NCBI GenBank assembly: GCA_001600695.1
Contig: BCKQ01000002.1
Location: 1,846,001-1,899,432 of the forward strand
Source: Ascoidea asiatica JCM 7603
Lineage: Eukaryota > Fungi > Ascomycota
DNA length: 53,432 bases
Reading direction: 5' to 3'
The notes beneath the pieces are model-generated. The model saw nothing but the letters and a program-made list of their open reading frames with translations. It was not told the origin of the DNA and did no database searches. The translations under genes were made by a program, and so were the position numbers. This document shows positions 23,701-34,383 of this stretch, one piece after another (position 1 is the first letter of the stretch; the number at the start of each line of letters is the position of its first letter).

Positions 23701-24435
23701 ATTTCAGCATCTCTTTTAACTAACTGGAGACAATTAATTATTGGAAAAAAATTTGCAAGTTCAAATCCAGAACAAATGACAAGTAGTGAAAGAAGAATTG
23801 CTATAAATAAATTACAAAAAGAAATTGAGAAATTTATTGAATTATTAAATGTATCTAAAAGGGATATAAATTTAATTAATCAATCAATTCATATAAATTT
23901 TAAAAAATTGATATCACAAACAAGATATGATATTAATAAAACTTTATTAGAATTTACAAGAATACTTTTAGTTTGGTTTAAAGAGAATTTAAAAGTTTGG
24001 GAACAAAGTAAAAATCATATTACAAATAATGTTTATTATCTTAAATATGACTTTAAACGGGATAGAAGGATTCCTAAATATGCTCGTGATTCAGATTTAC
24101 CACATGGTTTAGATCATTCTTCTAATTCAACATCAAAGCCAAATAATATAAATATCTCTGAAGATGATGCTATTGATACACCTAATAGTCAAGTTACATT
24201 TAAAGAAGAGCATGATAGTCTTACAACTATTGATAAAGAAATTGAAAGACACAATTTGCTGTTGAGTATTGAAAAGGGAAGTGATGATAAAGGAGTTAGT
24301 TCAGCTGATATAGCAAAGGGAACAAGAGATTTTGAAAATGGAGAAGATGAAGAAGAAGATAATATCTATTATCAAGACAGAAACAGGCTTATTTTGAATA
24401 GCGATGATGATGATGATGATGATGATAATGATTGA
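20797..24435 (+). CDS. PX-BAR sorting nexin, Snx41/Atg20(Snx42) family
   Basis: 1212 aa. PX motif RRRYSDFDSLRKVL..FPTLLIPSIPEKHSL, IIEKRKRLL..FLNR, BAR-like DLGAHYNAFSLE and AIEKIGQA; long N-rich extensions. Confidence 0.88.
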   Translation: MSSSRLQNQIHDEDNSPFASSNDEKPFLNNINPNSNNDFYKPPKNSGNSIINEPDLTASHLLFSNINTSSTTKDLDPKLFSKTQTYYKDNHSDSLITKQSSSTSNSYNDNYVTNIFNSDTSIKSQKSSFSNNLVNHFEQISNNKNLNRSHNDDEHLTEDEADITFTEDNSHSRSESGSLNQSQPPTLTKNNFSTLLNLTNESNKSNGFNNPITNSKNVSTIDSIGAPKSDYVSNHPPISTDFYNEYYNENGYTSNKYNAEEEISIKNSIIFNNNYQSETSSIFTQNSYHGSNENINNFMPPNNDSKISNNLNSNISKSNNQVNNFLNRSATSISKINLTSNSNSNINDNQIVNPQIINYSLYNNSINNNSQIYSNISHSSIEDLDSNSNHNPLEFYSQLSLPTPQEIIEKNRNQLISISIKAAVQTKDFKNKKIIVYIINFNNQLETRRRYSDFDSLRKVLIKFFPTLLIPSIPEKHSLKNYLKNPLNVQSSDFKIIEKRKRLLELFLNRLINIEHVKYFEVFWKFLDPTVVNFQDLLKIPPITLIPNNSLMAPPINPIKPSPFHSLLPIPAVNSLNNYDSLVLGYKEILASQRRNLDLQLNYYSSTVNNSNSDHSHNAFISQNNRNNSHTSFDSLALEATEPTVESMGPLEFEFYLTFRRFEIFSKKIVKIISPLNKSVEKKFVRNIKDLISNLSDLGAHYNAFSLEWSSTMNFDCEFDKPKAQLDENLRNSEDYAENIGYLNHKASPSYFNDDTLSANPFSKSSENSLNFSLKDDPLANKFHTLSSAIEKIGQALDNEFINLEALKYSFIIKFQEPLMEMNKNIRSFLKEVLIFKKLKDLQYLIIFKKLMRYFKRIKELRFLEDKMSKLDDFLKQNSKDSNTLREAYQIWEQKKLKMKQHDDEESAHEEADDNIQHHDTTHDTSISNSHSNSNGNDNDNNNSNTIDNNNRVNSNSNSNGRSSSDSKISASLLTNWRQLIIGKKFASSNPEQMTSSERRIAINKLQKEIEKFIELLNVSKRDINLINQSIHINFKKLISQTRYDINKTLLEFTRILLVWFKENLKVWEQSKNHITNNVYYLKYDFKRDRRIPKYARDSDLPHGLDHSSNSTSKPNNINISEDDAIDTPNSQVTFKEEHDSLTTIDKEIERHNLLLSIEKGSDDKGVSSADIAKGTRDFENGEDEEEDNIYYQDRNRLILNSDDDDDDDDND

Positions 24436-24829
24436 AAAAAAAAAAGCTCAAGCAAACTTTTTTATTAGTTTTGTTCAAATTTTGGTAATTATTATGTCAA
24501 TTTTATTCATTTCTCAACTTTATTTTATAATTTCACTCTTAACTTTCACATTTTGATTTTCACATCATTTACTCATAATATTTTATTTTAATATTTTATT
24601 TTATTCTTTATTTTGATAATTTTTTTCCTAATTTTCTTTGAAAGAGATAGAAGCTAAACAGTTTTATATGATAATTTGTTGGACTTATAGGACATAGTTT
24701 ATAGTTTATAATTCATAAAATAAGCACACGTACTGTTGTTATACTGTATGTTTTTTAATGTCTAACTAGAAGAAAAATCATATGAAAATGAAACTTCAAA
24801 AAAGAAAAATCATTTAGCTTACAAAAGGA

Positions 24830-25327
24830 TCAATAATCTAAATCTATATTATTTTGATTTATTTGATTTCTTTTATTATTTACAGAATAAGAGTTATTCT
24901 GAAAATTGATATTATTAATCCCATTTGAATTTTGTTTTTTATTTATGTTGAAATTTGAGCTTGAATTTGAATTTTGATTTAAACCCAAATCTAAATCTAA
25001 GATGATTTCATTACCATTTGATTTTAATTTATTTGAAGTGATTTTATTATTGTTTTCATTTGAATTTAGATAATTAGAATACATTGATGTATATTCATGA
25101 AAGATATTAGTTAAATAGTTTTCTTTAACATTTGTGTTAGTTGGATTTTGATTTTCTTTTAAATTCGAATTAAAATTTATCTTATCATTTAGATGATCGA
25201 TTTGATTATCAATTTGATGATTATTTTGATCAATTAAGGATATTCCATTAGAATTAGTAACATTGCTTAAAGAATTTTCATTCATTTTAATTTGTTTATC
25301 GATGATAATTTCATTGAAATTTTCCAT
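24830..25327 (-). CDS. Hypothetical 165-aa Asn-rich protein
   Basis: ATG in AAAAAAATG context; 165 stop-free codons in very AT-rich DNA; divergent from SLT2; no family recognised. Confidence 0.55.
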   Translation of the reverse strand: MENFNEIIIDKQIKMNENSLSNVTNSNGISLIDQNNHQIDNQIDHLNDKINFNSNLKENQNPTNTNVKENYLTNIFHEYTSMYSNYLNSNENNNKITSNKLKSNGNEIILDLDLGLNQNSNSSSNFNINKKQNSNGINNINFQNNSYSVNNKRNQINQNNIDLDY

Positions 25328-27005
25328 TTTTTAAAATAAATCTAGTTAAAGCTTATTTGAATAAAAAGATCGTGTAATGGATTTTGATAATGTTTGATTA
25401 TTTTTATATGTTTTTCTGGTAATGATAGTTCAAAAATTAAAATAAGTTATGTGAAATGTCTTAAACTAGTTGATTGTTCATCGTCTAATTACAATTGTTT
25501 CTACAGTACTTAAGGTTATTTACCCATGGATTTGTTTCTTAGGATTTGTTTCAAGGGTTTATTTATTATCACTTTACCTCTCTAATTGTTCCTCGCTTCA
25601 AATATATAATATCGATGATATTAGCCCTGGGATTTAAAGAATGATTTGATACCAATTCCAAAACCAGTTTCAATATCAATACAAGTTTCACTTCCCAATC
25701 CAGATTCTAATCCAATAAACCTATTCCCACTCCAGCTCTGATCTCAGTCTGTCTGCGTCGAGTGTCTCAGTACCTCAGACCCAGAAAAAAACAGGTTCCG
25801 TTGGACTCTTACGTAAGCAGCCTCCGCCGCAGTCCGCCGCAGTGAGACGTTGCTAAACCACTGCGACTTAACCGCTGTGAAGCTTCGTAAAATACCACAC
25901 CATCCACTTCACACTTGATCAAATCTAAGAAGTAAATATATTGAATATAATGAATATTATATTGGACTCTGCAAAATAAAAGGTACTTTAGTCTTTGAAT
26001 CAACTGAAAGAACTGAAAGAACTGAAGAAACACTTTCACAAGAACATTTATAGAATACTGATAAATCGTCGATAAATACTTTGCTTTTTACTGTGCTTTT
26101 CATCTGTCTAAGAATTCTGCTTCACTAGCTTTTTAATTTATTTTTTTAATGCATATTTATTATTAACTGATATAAATAATATTAAAAGTAATTAATTATA
26201 TTTATAATCAAAATCACAACTAAATTTAAAATCAAGTTTAAAATTAAACATTAATCAAATTAATTTTGGATTTAAAATTATTCAAGAACCGTAAAACTTC
26301 ATTAAAAAAAGAAAAGTACTATATTCTTTATTTTTTCTTCTTTTTTTCATTATACAAAAAGTTAACAAGGTCTCTTTTCATTCACATTTCTCTCATATTC
26401 TATTAGACTCAGTTCTTTTCTTTCAATTATTTATCCAGAGTTACACAATTCTCTTTAAAAAAGTTTATTTTCTTTTGCTATTTAAGTCAATTCAATTGTT
26501 CCATCAATTTCTTTAATTAATTTATTTTCTAATTTTTAAATCTTTAAATCTTTAAATCTTTAGAAAATCTTTTCAATATTAGTACAGAGTATCTTTTCAT
26601 TTCAAAAAGATTTTCATAATTATCTTTCAGTAATAATCAATATCAATATCCTCATCATCAATATCGTCAACATCATTATCATTATATTTACTCATCAATT
26701 ACTGTAACTGTAATCATAAGTGTAACTGTATTTGTAACTGTAACTACCATTGTTACTGTAACTATTTATTAAATTTAATTCTCTTTCTTTAATTTAAGGA
26801 CAGGTATACCTGAGCAAAACCATCACTACTTCAATTTATCTTTTCAATTAACTGAAAATATTTCATTATTAATATATTCTTAATAAATTTCTTATAAATT
26901 ATATTTATACTTTATTTACACTTTTTTTTTTGATCTACTTAATAATCTTTTATTTTTATTTTTATTCATCTTTTTTAAATTTCATTAAATTGTATTGTTA
27001 CTAAA

Positions 27006-28602
27006 ATGGATATTTTTCAACAAGATCGTAGAACTTATAGGTATGTATCAAATCTTATTTCATTTAATAATATCATATTATATTATATTTCCTAATATAC
27101 TTTCAAATAATAATATTTTACTAACAACTAATTTATTTTTATTTTTTTTTCAAATTAGGGTTTTTAATCAAGATTTCACAATCGATAAAAGATTTGAATT
27201 ATCAAAAGAATTAGGTCATGGTGCTTATGGAATTGTTTGTCAAGCAAAATATACTGAATTACCAAATGGTGGTTCTGTTGCAATTAAAAAAATTACAAAT
27301 ATCTTTACAAAAAAAATTTTATGTAAAAGAGCTTTAAGAGAAATGAAATTATTAAAACATTTTACTGGTCATAAAAATATAACTTGTTTGTATGATTTAG
27401 ATATTGTTAATACTTCAAATTTTAATGAAATTTACCTTTATGAAGAATTAATGGAATGTGATTTACATCAAATTATTCGCTCAAAACAACCTTTAACTGA
27501 TGCTCATTATCAATCTTTTATTTATCAAATATTAAATGGTTTAAAATATATTCATTCTGCTGATGTTCTTCATAGAGATTTAAAACCTTCAAATTTATTA
27601 GTTAATGCTGATTGTGAATTAAAAATTTGTGATTTTGGTTTAGCAAGAGGTTTTTCTGATGATCCTTCAAAAAATCAAGGATTTTTAACAGAATATGTTG
27701 CAACTAGATGGTATAGAGCTCCAGAAATTATGTTAAGTTTTCAAAGTTATTCAAAAGCTATAGATATTTGGTCTGTTGGTTGTATATTAGCTGAATTATT
27801 AGGTGGAAAACCAATTTTTAAAGGTAAAGATTATGTTGATCAATTAAATCAAATTTTGAAAATTATTGGAACTCCAAATGAAGAAACTTTAGTTAGGATT
27901 GGTTCAAGAAGAGCTCAAGATTATGTTAGATCTTTACCATTTATGCCAAAAATTCAATATTCTCAATTATTTCCAAATGCAAATCCATTTGCTTTAGATT
28001 TATTAGAAAAAATGTTAACTTTAGATCCTCTGAAAAGAATTAATGTTGATGAAGCTTTACTTCATGATTATTTAAAAATTTGGCATGATCCAAATGAAGA
28101 ATTAGTTTGTGAAAATAAATTTGATTTCAGTTTTGAAGAAATAGATGATATTACTGATATGAAACAAATGATTCTTCAAGAGGTTAAAGGATTTAGAGAA
28201 GCTGTCAGAGCTCCTCAGGCAAATTCAGCAGTAGTGGAAGACAATCAAATGAATGAACAACTTCATCAATCTGTACCGGTACAAGAATCAGAACGATATC
28301 AAGGCTTACAACAACAACAACAGCCTCAACAATCACATACTCAACCACAACAACAACAATATTCAGATTCAACCTTACAATATCAAGATCAATATCAGTC
28401 TCAAATAATGGGTCAGCAACAACAAGGTGTTTCACCTTCAATTGATTTTAGAAATACAAATATCAAAGGTCATAATGAAGAAGATTTACCACCAAAACCT
28501 CAAGAAAATATTTATCAGCAACATAATGCTAATATAAATAATGGAAATCAAGTATTTGATTTAGAAAAAGAATTAGAATTTGGTTTAGATAGATACTGTT
28601 AA
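27006..28602 (+). CDS. SLT2: Cell wall integrity MAP kinase Slt2/Mkc1; exons 27006-27040 and 27159-28602
   Basis: Spliced N-terminus [24 protein letters not shown] matches Slt2 (..RHTFKVFNQDF). GHGAYG, HRDLKP, DFGLARG, TEY activation loop, Q-rich tail, [11 protein letters not shown] end. Confidence 0.96.
27041..27158 (+). other. 118-nt spliceosomal intron in SLT2 (phase 2)
   Basis: 5' GTATGT at 27041, branch point TACTAAC at 27119-27125, 3' TAG at 27156-27158; splicing restores the kinase frame. Confidence 0.93.
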
Positions 28603-28955
28603 ATTATTCTATTATAGTAGAAATATATTTTTATGATATAGTTTTTTAATATTTTATTGTACTTTATTTTTGAGCTATTGAATTCATATCAATTTATAAA
28701 ATTGAATATCTCTAATAATATATTATTATCCTAACTTCTTTTTCTTTTTATAGATACCTTTAATTTTTAGTTTTATTATGCTTATCAAATTATTTCGACT
28801 TTAATTCCGATTTTGATATCGGTCTTATTTTCGAATTTCGAATTAAATTTTTTTTTTTCTATATTTTTTTTTATTCTTAGTTTAATTTGAATTTACTTAT
28901 TCCTTTTCTACTTTTTTTTTTCTTGTTCGTTTATATATTCACCTTTTTCATGATA

Positions 28956-28957
<2 letters not shown>

Positions 28958-29023
<66 letters not shown>
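28958..29023. repeat. (TTA)22 microsatellite between convergent SLT2 and DCW1
   Basis: Perfect trinucleotide run. Confidence 0.95.
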
Positions 29024-29024
<1 letters not shown>

Positions 29025-29308
29025 AACTAGTTATTTTGTGAGATTTAAAATATTTTCTCCTTCGTTTTTATTATATAGTTTGAATATGGGAATAATTTTT
29101 ATTTAAGTAAAAAAGGAGAAAAAGCATTGTAAAAGCTCAAAGGTTTTATTTTTTGAGTTTTGACAATGCTAAATTTTTAGGAAAATTGTATTTTTATATT
29201 ATAAATTACATGGTTTTGAGTTTCTTAGTTTTTATTCAATTCGTTAATTCATTAATTCATTAAACTATTAATTAGTTAATTAAACTCCTTTTCTTTCTGT
29301 TCTTTATT

Positions 29309-30697
29309 CTAAATAAGTAACCATATAGAACCACCTAATATAGAAAGACCAATAACCGCAGTTATTACAGAAGCTCCAGCTATATCTTTTGAATGAAGAG
29401 ATAATTTTTCATCAGAATCAACATTATTATTAACACCGGCAGCAGGATCTCCAATTGAAGAACCACCTGAATTAGCAGTATAAGGAGCAGGTCTATCAGA
29501 TATTCTTAAATTTTGTATAACTTCTAAAGCTGACATTTGTTCACCTAAACCCCAATTACCATCCCAACCATTATTAAACCAGTTTGTACCACAAGTATGA
29601 CCATCATCACCACCAGAACAAGATTGAGCAGCACCTAAAGCAGAAGATGATAAATATAAATAAACTTTATCATAAGTTTGTGGAACTAATTGAGCAGTTA
29701 AACCTAAAAATCTTGAAAAATAAGCTTTAAAAGATCTTTGATCGTTATTACAAGTACCAACATTTTGACAAGCAGCCTCAAACATGATATTATTTGTAGT
29801 ATTAAAGAAAACAGATGAAGAATCTAATAAATTTTGAGTTCTATTTAACCATTTTTCTTCATTTGTATAATTATAAAGGTAAGCACAACCGGCTAACATT
29901 AAACCTTGATTATAAGTCCATTGTAATTGAGTTATTGGAAAACAATTACCAGTTGTTGAATTAATTGTTGCACCATCATAAACAAAATAATAATCATCAG
30001 TTGTGATAAAATTTACAGATACCATCCAATCCCAAATTAAATCACACCAAGCAACATAAGTATCATTATTTGTATATCTTGCTAATCTTGAAGATAATTG
30101 AAATAAACAACCATTTGAAACTGAATTTTTATAATCATAACCCGAATTCCATTGAAATATTTGCCATCTTAAACCACCACCACAATTTTCAGTATCCCAA
30201 TTATAAGCCATGGTATTAAATACAGCTTGAGCTAAATATAACCATTGAGGTTCATCATCATTATTATTTGAAGGATTTGAGAAATTTCTTTCAGTTGCCG
30301 CCATTACAGCCAAACCCCAAAATGCTTGATCATCATTACCTTCAGTTGTTGATTGATTTGAAGGTATATAATCCCAATTATCACCAACTTGATATAATAA
30401 AGCTTGTTTAGTTATATTAACATAAGTATCATTTTCCATATAAAAAGAATAATCAATTAATGAACCCCAAGCACCACCAGCTTCCCACCAATAATAAGGA
30501 TCAGAAAATAAACCAATTGTTTCACCATAATCTAAACCATTATAATAATCAACTATACCATCAGCAATTAAAGAAGTTGCATTTTTTAGACTTTGTAAAT
30601 CTGATATATCTAAAGAAATTGAATTAACAGAAATTAAATTAGTAATATATATTATGAAGTATATTATATAATAATCATTTTTTAAAAAAAATATCAT
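29309..30697 (-). CDS. DCW1: GH76 mannan endo-1,6-alpha-mannosidase/transglycosylase, GPI-anchored
   Basis: 462 aa. Signal peptide, YYWWEAGGAWG (Dcw1-like), catalytic GNDDQ, CGGGLRWQ, hydrophobic C-terminal GPI signal. Confidence 0.92.
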   Translation of the reverse strand: MIFFLKNDYYIIYFIIYITNLISVNSISLDISDLQSLKNATSLIADGIVDYYNGLDYGETIGLFSDPYYWWEAGGAWGSLIDYSFYMENDTYVNITKQALLYQVGDNWDYIPSNQSTTEGNDDQAFWGLAVMAATERNFSNPSNNNDDEPQWLYLAQAVFNTMAYNWDTENCGGGLRWQIFQWNSGYDYKNSVSNGCLFQLSSRLARYTNNDTYVAWCDLIWDWMVSVNFITTDDYYFVYDGATINSTTGNCFPITQLQWTYNQGLMLAGCAYLYNYTNEEKWLNRTQNLLDSSSVFFNTTNNIMFEAACQNVGTCNNDQRSFKAYFSRFLGLTAQLVPQTYDKVYLYLSSSALGAAQSCSGGDDGHTCGTNWFNNGWDGNWGLGEQMSALEVIQNLRISDRPAPYTANSGGSSIGDPAAGVNNNVDSDEKLSLHSKDIAGASVITAVIGLSILGGSIWLLI

Positions 30698-31580
30698 TAT
30701 TTATCTTAATTATTAAATTTTTGAATTATTTATTGATCTGATTATGTAAGCGCGCAGCTTATTGTATTAATTAATTATATTGAGAATAAAATTGATTATT
30801 GTATTGTATTATTGAAATTTAGTCTGATTAAATATATTTGATAATTGATAAATGATAATTAGTATTTGATAATGGAATTGAATATGTTTGTTTATTATAA
30901 TTGATAAATTTTATGAATTATTGAAGTATATTGTTATTATTATGAGATGAATTACGAAATGAAATTGAAATTATTAGAGCAATGAATAGCAATAATATTT
31001 ATTTAGTTATCTTATTAATAGGTGAGATGAGTTAAGTAAATAATTTCAATAGTTTTTAAACTTTCCAGAGCCATTTTAAATCCAGAAAGATGAAATAAAT
31101 CAAAATAAAAGAAATGATTTGAAATAATCTACAATAAATAATCTGAGATAAATAAAATAGTTTGTAGATGAATTATGAATTATGAGGTATGAAATAAGAG
31201 ATATATTATTATGATTATTTCCTAATTTCTTATTCAAAGTCCATTGGCATTGGCATTATCAATATATTCATTCATTTTCATCATTTTAATTGTCAAAATC
31301 AAAAGCATTACCATTCATTATCAATTGAATTTATTCTCTAAGGGTCAGTATTAACGGTGCCTAACATTCTAATATTACTACTGTACTGTATTTTTTTTTT
31401 TTTTTATTGTTATACATTTTCACTATTAATATTACAGTGAATGTTACTTTGCTTATTCTCTTGCATCACATTTCTTCATTTCTTCATTTCTAGGCAAACA
31501 TCTCTTTCCAGTCTCTTTCAGGTGCTGATTGTTGAATATTTTCTCAATTTCAGACTGAATCGTGAGCATTTCACAAGCAA

Positions 31581-31705
31581 TTCTTGGGGTATCTTGGAAA
31601 ATCTTGGAGAGTCTTGGAGAATCTTGGAAGCGGTGGAAGTGAACAGGAGCAGAGTCTGAGAATTGCCTGTGAATTGCCTGTGAACTTGATTGTGAACTTG
31701 TCTGG
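31581..31705. repeat. 10-bp and 11-bp imperfect tandem repeats in the DCW1 promoter island
   Basis: ATCTTGGAAA/ATCTTGGAGA/GTCTTGGAGA/ATCTTGGAAG, then GAATTGCCTGT x2 plus degenerate copies. Confidence 0.8.
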
Positions 31706-32189
31706 TGCCCTGGTCGAGAAGGTTAGCGGCAGGAGTGGACGGGACTTGCTTGGCTTCCACAGCCGGAACAGGCAGCTAGACGTTTGGTAATGTAACAGAG
31801 TAATCAGGAAACTCGGAACAGGATAGCATGTACGGATTTGAATCCTTAAAATCGGAACTGGAGAAAAAAAAAATGATATACGGATATTGTTGTTAATTGG
31901 CTAATTGACTGATATTAGAAGTGGCTTTATATTGTATAGAAACTAGAATAGATAAATAAATAGTTTATAGAAAGATATGTATAGATAATATGGGAATAAT
32001 AATGGATGAAATATTTAACAAATACAATAGATAATAGTTTGTTGGGAAGTAATAGAGAGATAATGGATAATTCATAATAATGATAGGAAAAAAAAAGTAG
32101 AAAGTAAAAAAAATTAAATTAAAAAAGTTCAAGTTTAAGTTTATATATATATATATATATATCAAATTGAATTATGATTGATATTTTCA

Positions 32190-33791
32190 TTATTCAACAA
32201 TTGTTGGATCTTTTCTTGAAGTGAATTGTAAAATACAATCATCTTGTGGAAAAATAGTTGCAAAAACTTTAATTTTTTCAGATAATGGAGTAACTTTGTG
32301 TTTAATATCATTAAATAAACATGCTTTACCAATTAAACCTGTGAATAATAACATAACATATTGTTGACCAAGACAAACATGTGGTCCAGTACCAAATACT
32401 AACCAATTTTTTTTAGCTTCAGAAGCTTTTGAACCTTCAATCCATCTTTCAGGTATAAATTCATCTGGATTTTCATAAACTTCAGGATCATGTAAAGCAG
32501 GATATAAAGTTGGTATAACCATTGAACCTTTTGGAGCTGTATAAGTTTCAGAAACTGGATATGGTTGTTTAACAACATATGGTACCATAATAACTGGAGG
32601 TCTATAACGTAAAGTTTCTTTTACAACCATAAAAGTATATTTCATTTCTTCAATCATTTCAATTGTTAATTTTTTATTAATATCACCATTTCTAACATCT
32701 AATTGTTCTTGTCTAATTTTTTTAACAATATCAGGTCTATCACCAAGAATTTGAAATAACCAACATGTTGCAGATGATGAAGCATCTTGTGATGCAAATA
32801 AAAATGTAAAAATTGCTTCAGAAATTTCTCTATTTGAAAATTCTCTAACTTGTAATTTTTTATTTGGATTTGTATCATTTTTAAAATTAGCTTCACTATC
32901 TTGCATAATTTTAACCCAAGCATCCATTACACAAGTTGGTTCTGCACCAGTTTTCATATTTAATTTTGCTTCTTTTGCACAATTTTCAAAAATTTTCATT
33001 GTCATATCTGCAACTTTTTTACCATACCATGGTTTTGTAAAAGGTAAAATTATTGGAAAATTAACTAATTCTAAAGCAGCAGTAACAAGATAATAATCAT
33101 CAGCAACTTTTCTAATTTGATCATCAGTTATATATTCACCACAAAAAGTTCTTAAAGAAACTGCACACATAATTTCTCTAAAATCATGAAAAAATGGAAT
33201 TGGACCATCTTTTGATAAATCTCTAAATTTTTTTAAATAAATATCATAGATTTTTTCTTGAGCAGGTATATAAACTTTTAAAGCTTGTCTTGTAAATAAA
33301 CCATTAAGACCTTTTCTATAATCAACATGAGCTTTACCATCAAGGAATACCCAATTTGTTGGTCTTAAAATTTTTATTGCAACATCAACAACACATGGTT
33401 TAACATATTTTGGACTCATTAAAATTTTTCTTGCTAAATCTCTGTTTGAAGCAATAACAACAAATTTATGAAATATTGAAACACAAGATAATGGACCAGA
33501 ATCCCATTTTTGTTTATATTCTTCAAATTTTGGATCTAATGATTCTAAAAATGGTCCAATAATTGGCCAAATTTTAAATTTTGGACCTGCAATTGAACCT
33601 TTATTTAATTGATAAACAACCTGATCATAAGTTATAATAATTATAAAAAGTGATAAAAGAATTTTCCAAACTGAAAATTCAAAATTAAAATTTTTTAAAT
33701 TTAAACTATTAAAAGATTTTGAAATATTATTAATATTTATAAAAGAACTTGAAGAATTATAATCATTTAATATACCATTTACAACTTCCAT
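32190..33791 (-). CDS. ERG5: Sterol C-22 desaturase, cytochrome P450 CYP61
   Basis: 533 aa. FTFLFASQDASSS I-helix, KETLRYRPP (ExxR), PERW, haem motif FGTGPHVCLG. Confidence 0.97.
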   Translation of the reverse strand: MEVVNGILNDYNSSSSFININNISKSFNSLNLKNFNFEFSVWKILLSLFIIIITYDQVVYQLNKGSIAGPKFKIWPIIGPFLESLDPKFEEYKQKWDSGPLSCVSIFHKFVVIASNRDLARKILMSPKYVKPCVVDVAIKILRPTNWVFLDGKAHVDYRKGLNGLFTRQALKVYIPAQEKIYDIYLKKFRDLSKDGPIPFFHDFREIMCAVSLRTFCGEYITDDQIRKVADDYYLVTAALELVNFPIILPFTKPWYGKKVADMTMKIFENCAKEAKLNMKTGAEPTCVMDAWVKIMQDSEANFKNDTNPNKKLQVREFSNREISEAIFTFLFASQDASSSATCWLFQILGDRPDIVKKIRQEQLDVRNGDINKKLTIEMIEEMKYTFMVVKETLRYRPPVIMVPYVVKQPYPVSETYTAPKGSMVIPTLYPALHDPEVYENPDEFIPERWIEGSKASEAKKNWLVFGTGPHVCLGQQYVMLLFTGLIGKACLFNDIKHKVTPLSEKIKVFATIFPQDDCILQFTSRKDPTIVE

Positions 33792-34278
33792 TTTTAAAAA
33801 TTATATAAAAATATAAATATATATATATATATGAATATATCAAATTAAAAAAGATTGATTAGTAATATATATAAATATAAAGGAAAAAGAAAAAGGAAAA
33901 AAGAAAACAAGCGAAAGATAAAGTGATATAGTTAAGATAAATAAAAGAATATATATAAGGAATATTAAGGATATATAAAAGGATATAAAACAAAGAGAGA
34001 GAAAAAAAAAAAGAAAAAAAAGAAAGATAAAAGAGAAAAGAATATAAGTGAAAAAGTGGACTATTAACTAAGATTACTAAAAAATAATAAAGAGTTTTAA
34101 ATAATAATAAATATACAGGTGATCTTATTGAAGGAAATAGATTGAATTAGTGGTTTTGTATCGGTATAAAAGATAAAAGAAAAAAATTATGGGCAGTTGA
34201 AGAGCGGAGCTTTAATTTTATCGAGCGCGAAGTCCACGAAGTCCACGAAAGTTCACTTATCGAGCAACAGAGACACAG

Positions 34279-34383
34279 CTGAACGAGCAGCAAACGACCG
34301 GTAAACGAGCAGTAAACGAGGGTCAGCCAGCACTGGGACCGGGAACTGGGATCGGCAATGAGAGCTCGCACACGATCAAACGA
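34279..34383. promoter_or_regulatory. Cluster of Upc2/Ecm22-type sterol response elements upstream of ERG5
   Basis: CTGAACGA at 34279 (reverse of TCGTTYAG), TAAACGA at 34302 and 34313, CAAACGA at 34291 and 34377; all in one orientation. Confidence 0.65.

Noticed and set aside
26995-27040. ORF-track start of the 535-aa kinase
   Set aside because: It is a TTG start reading through an intron; the true ATG is 27006 in another frame.
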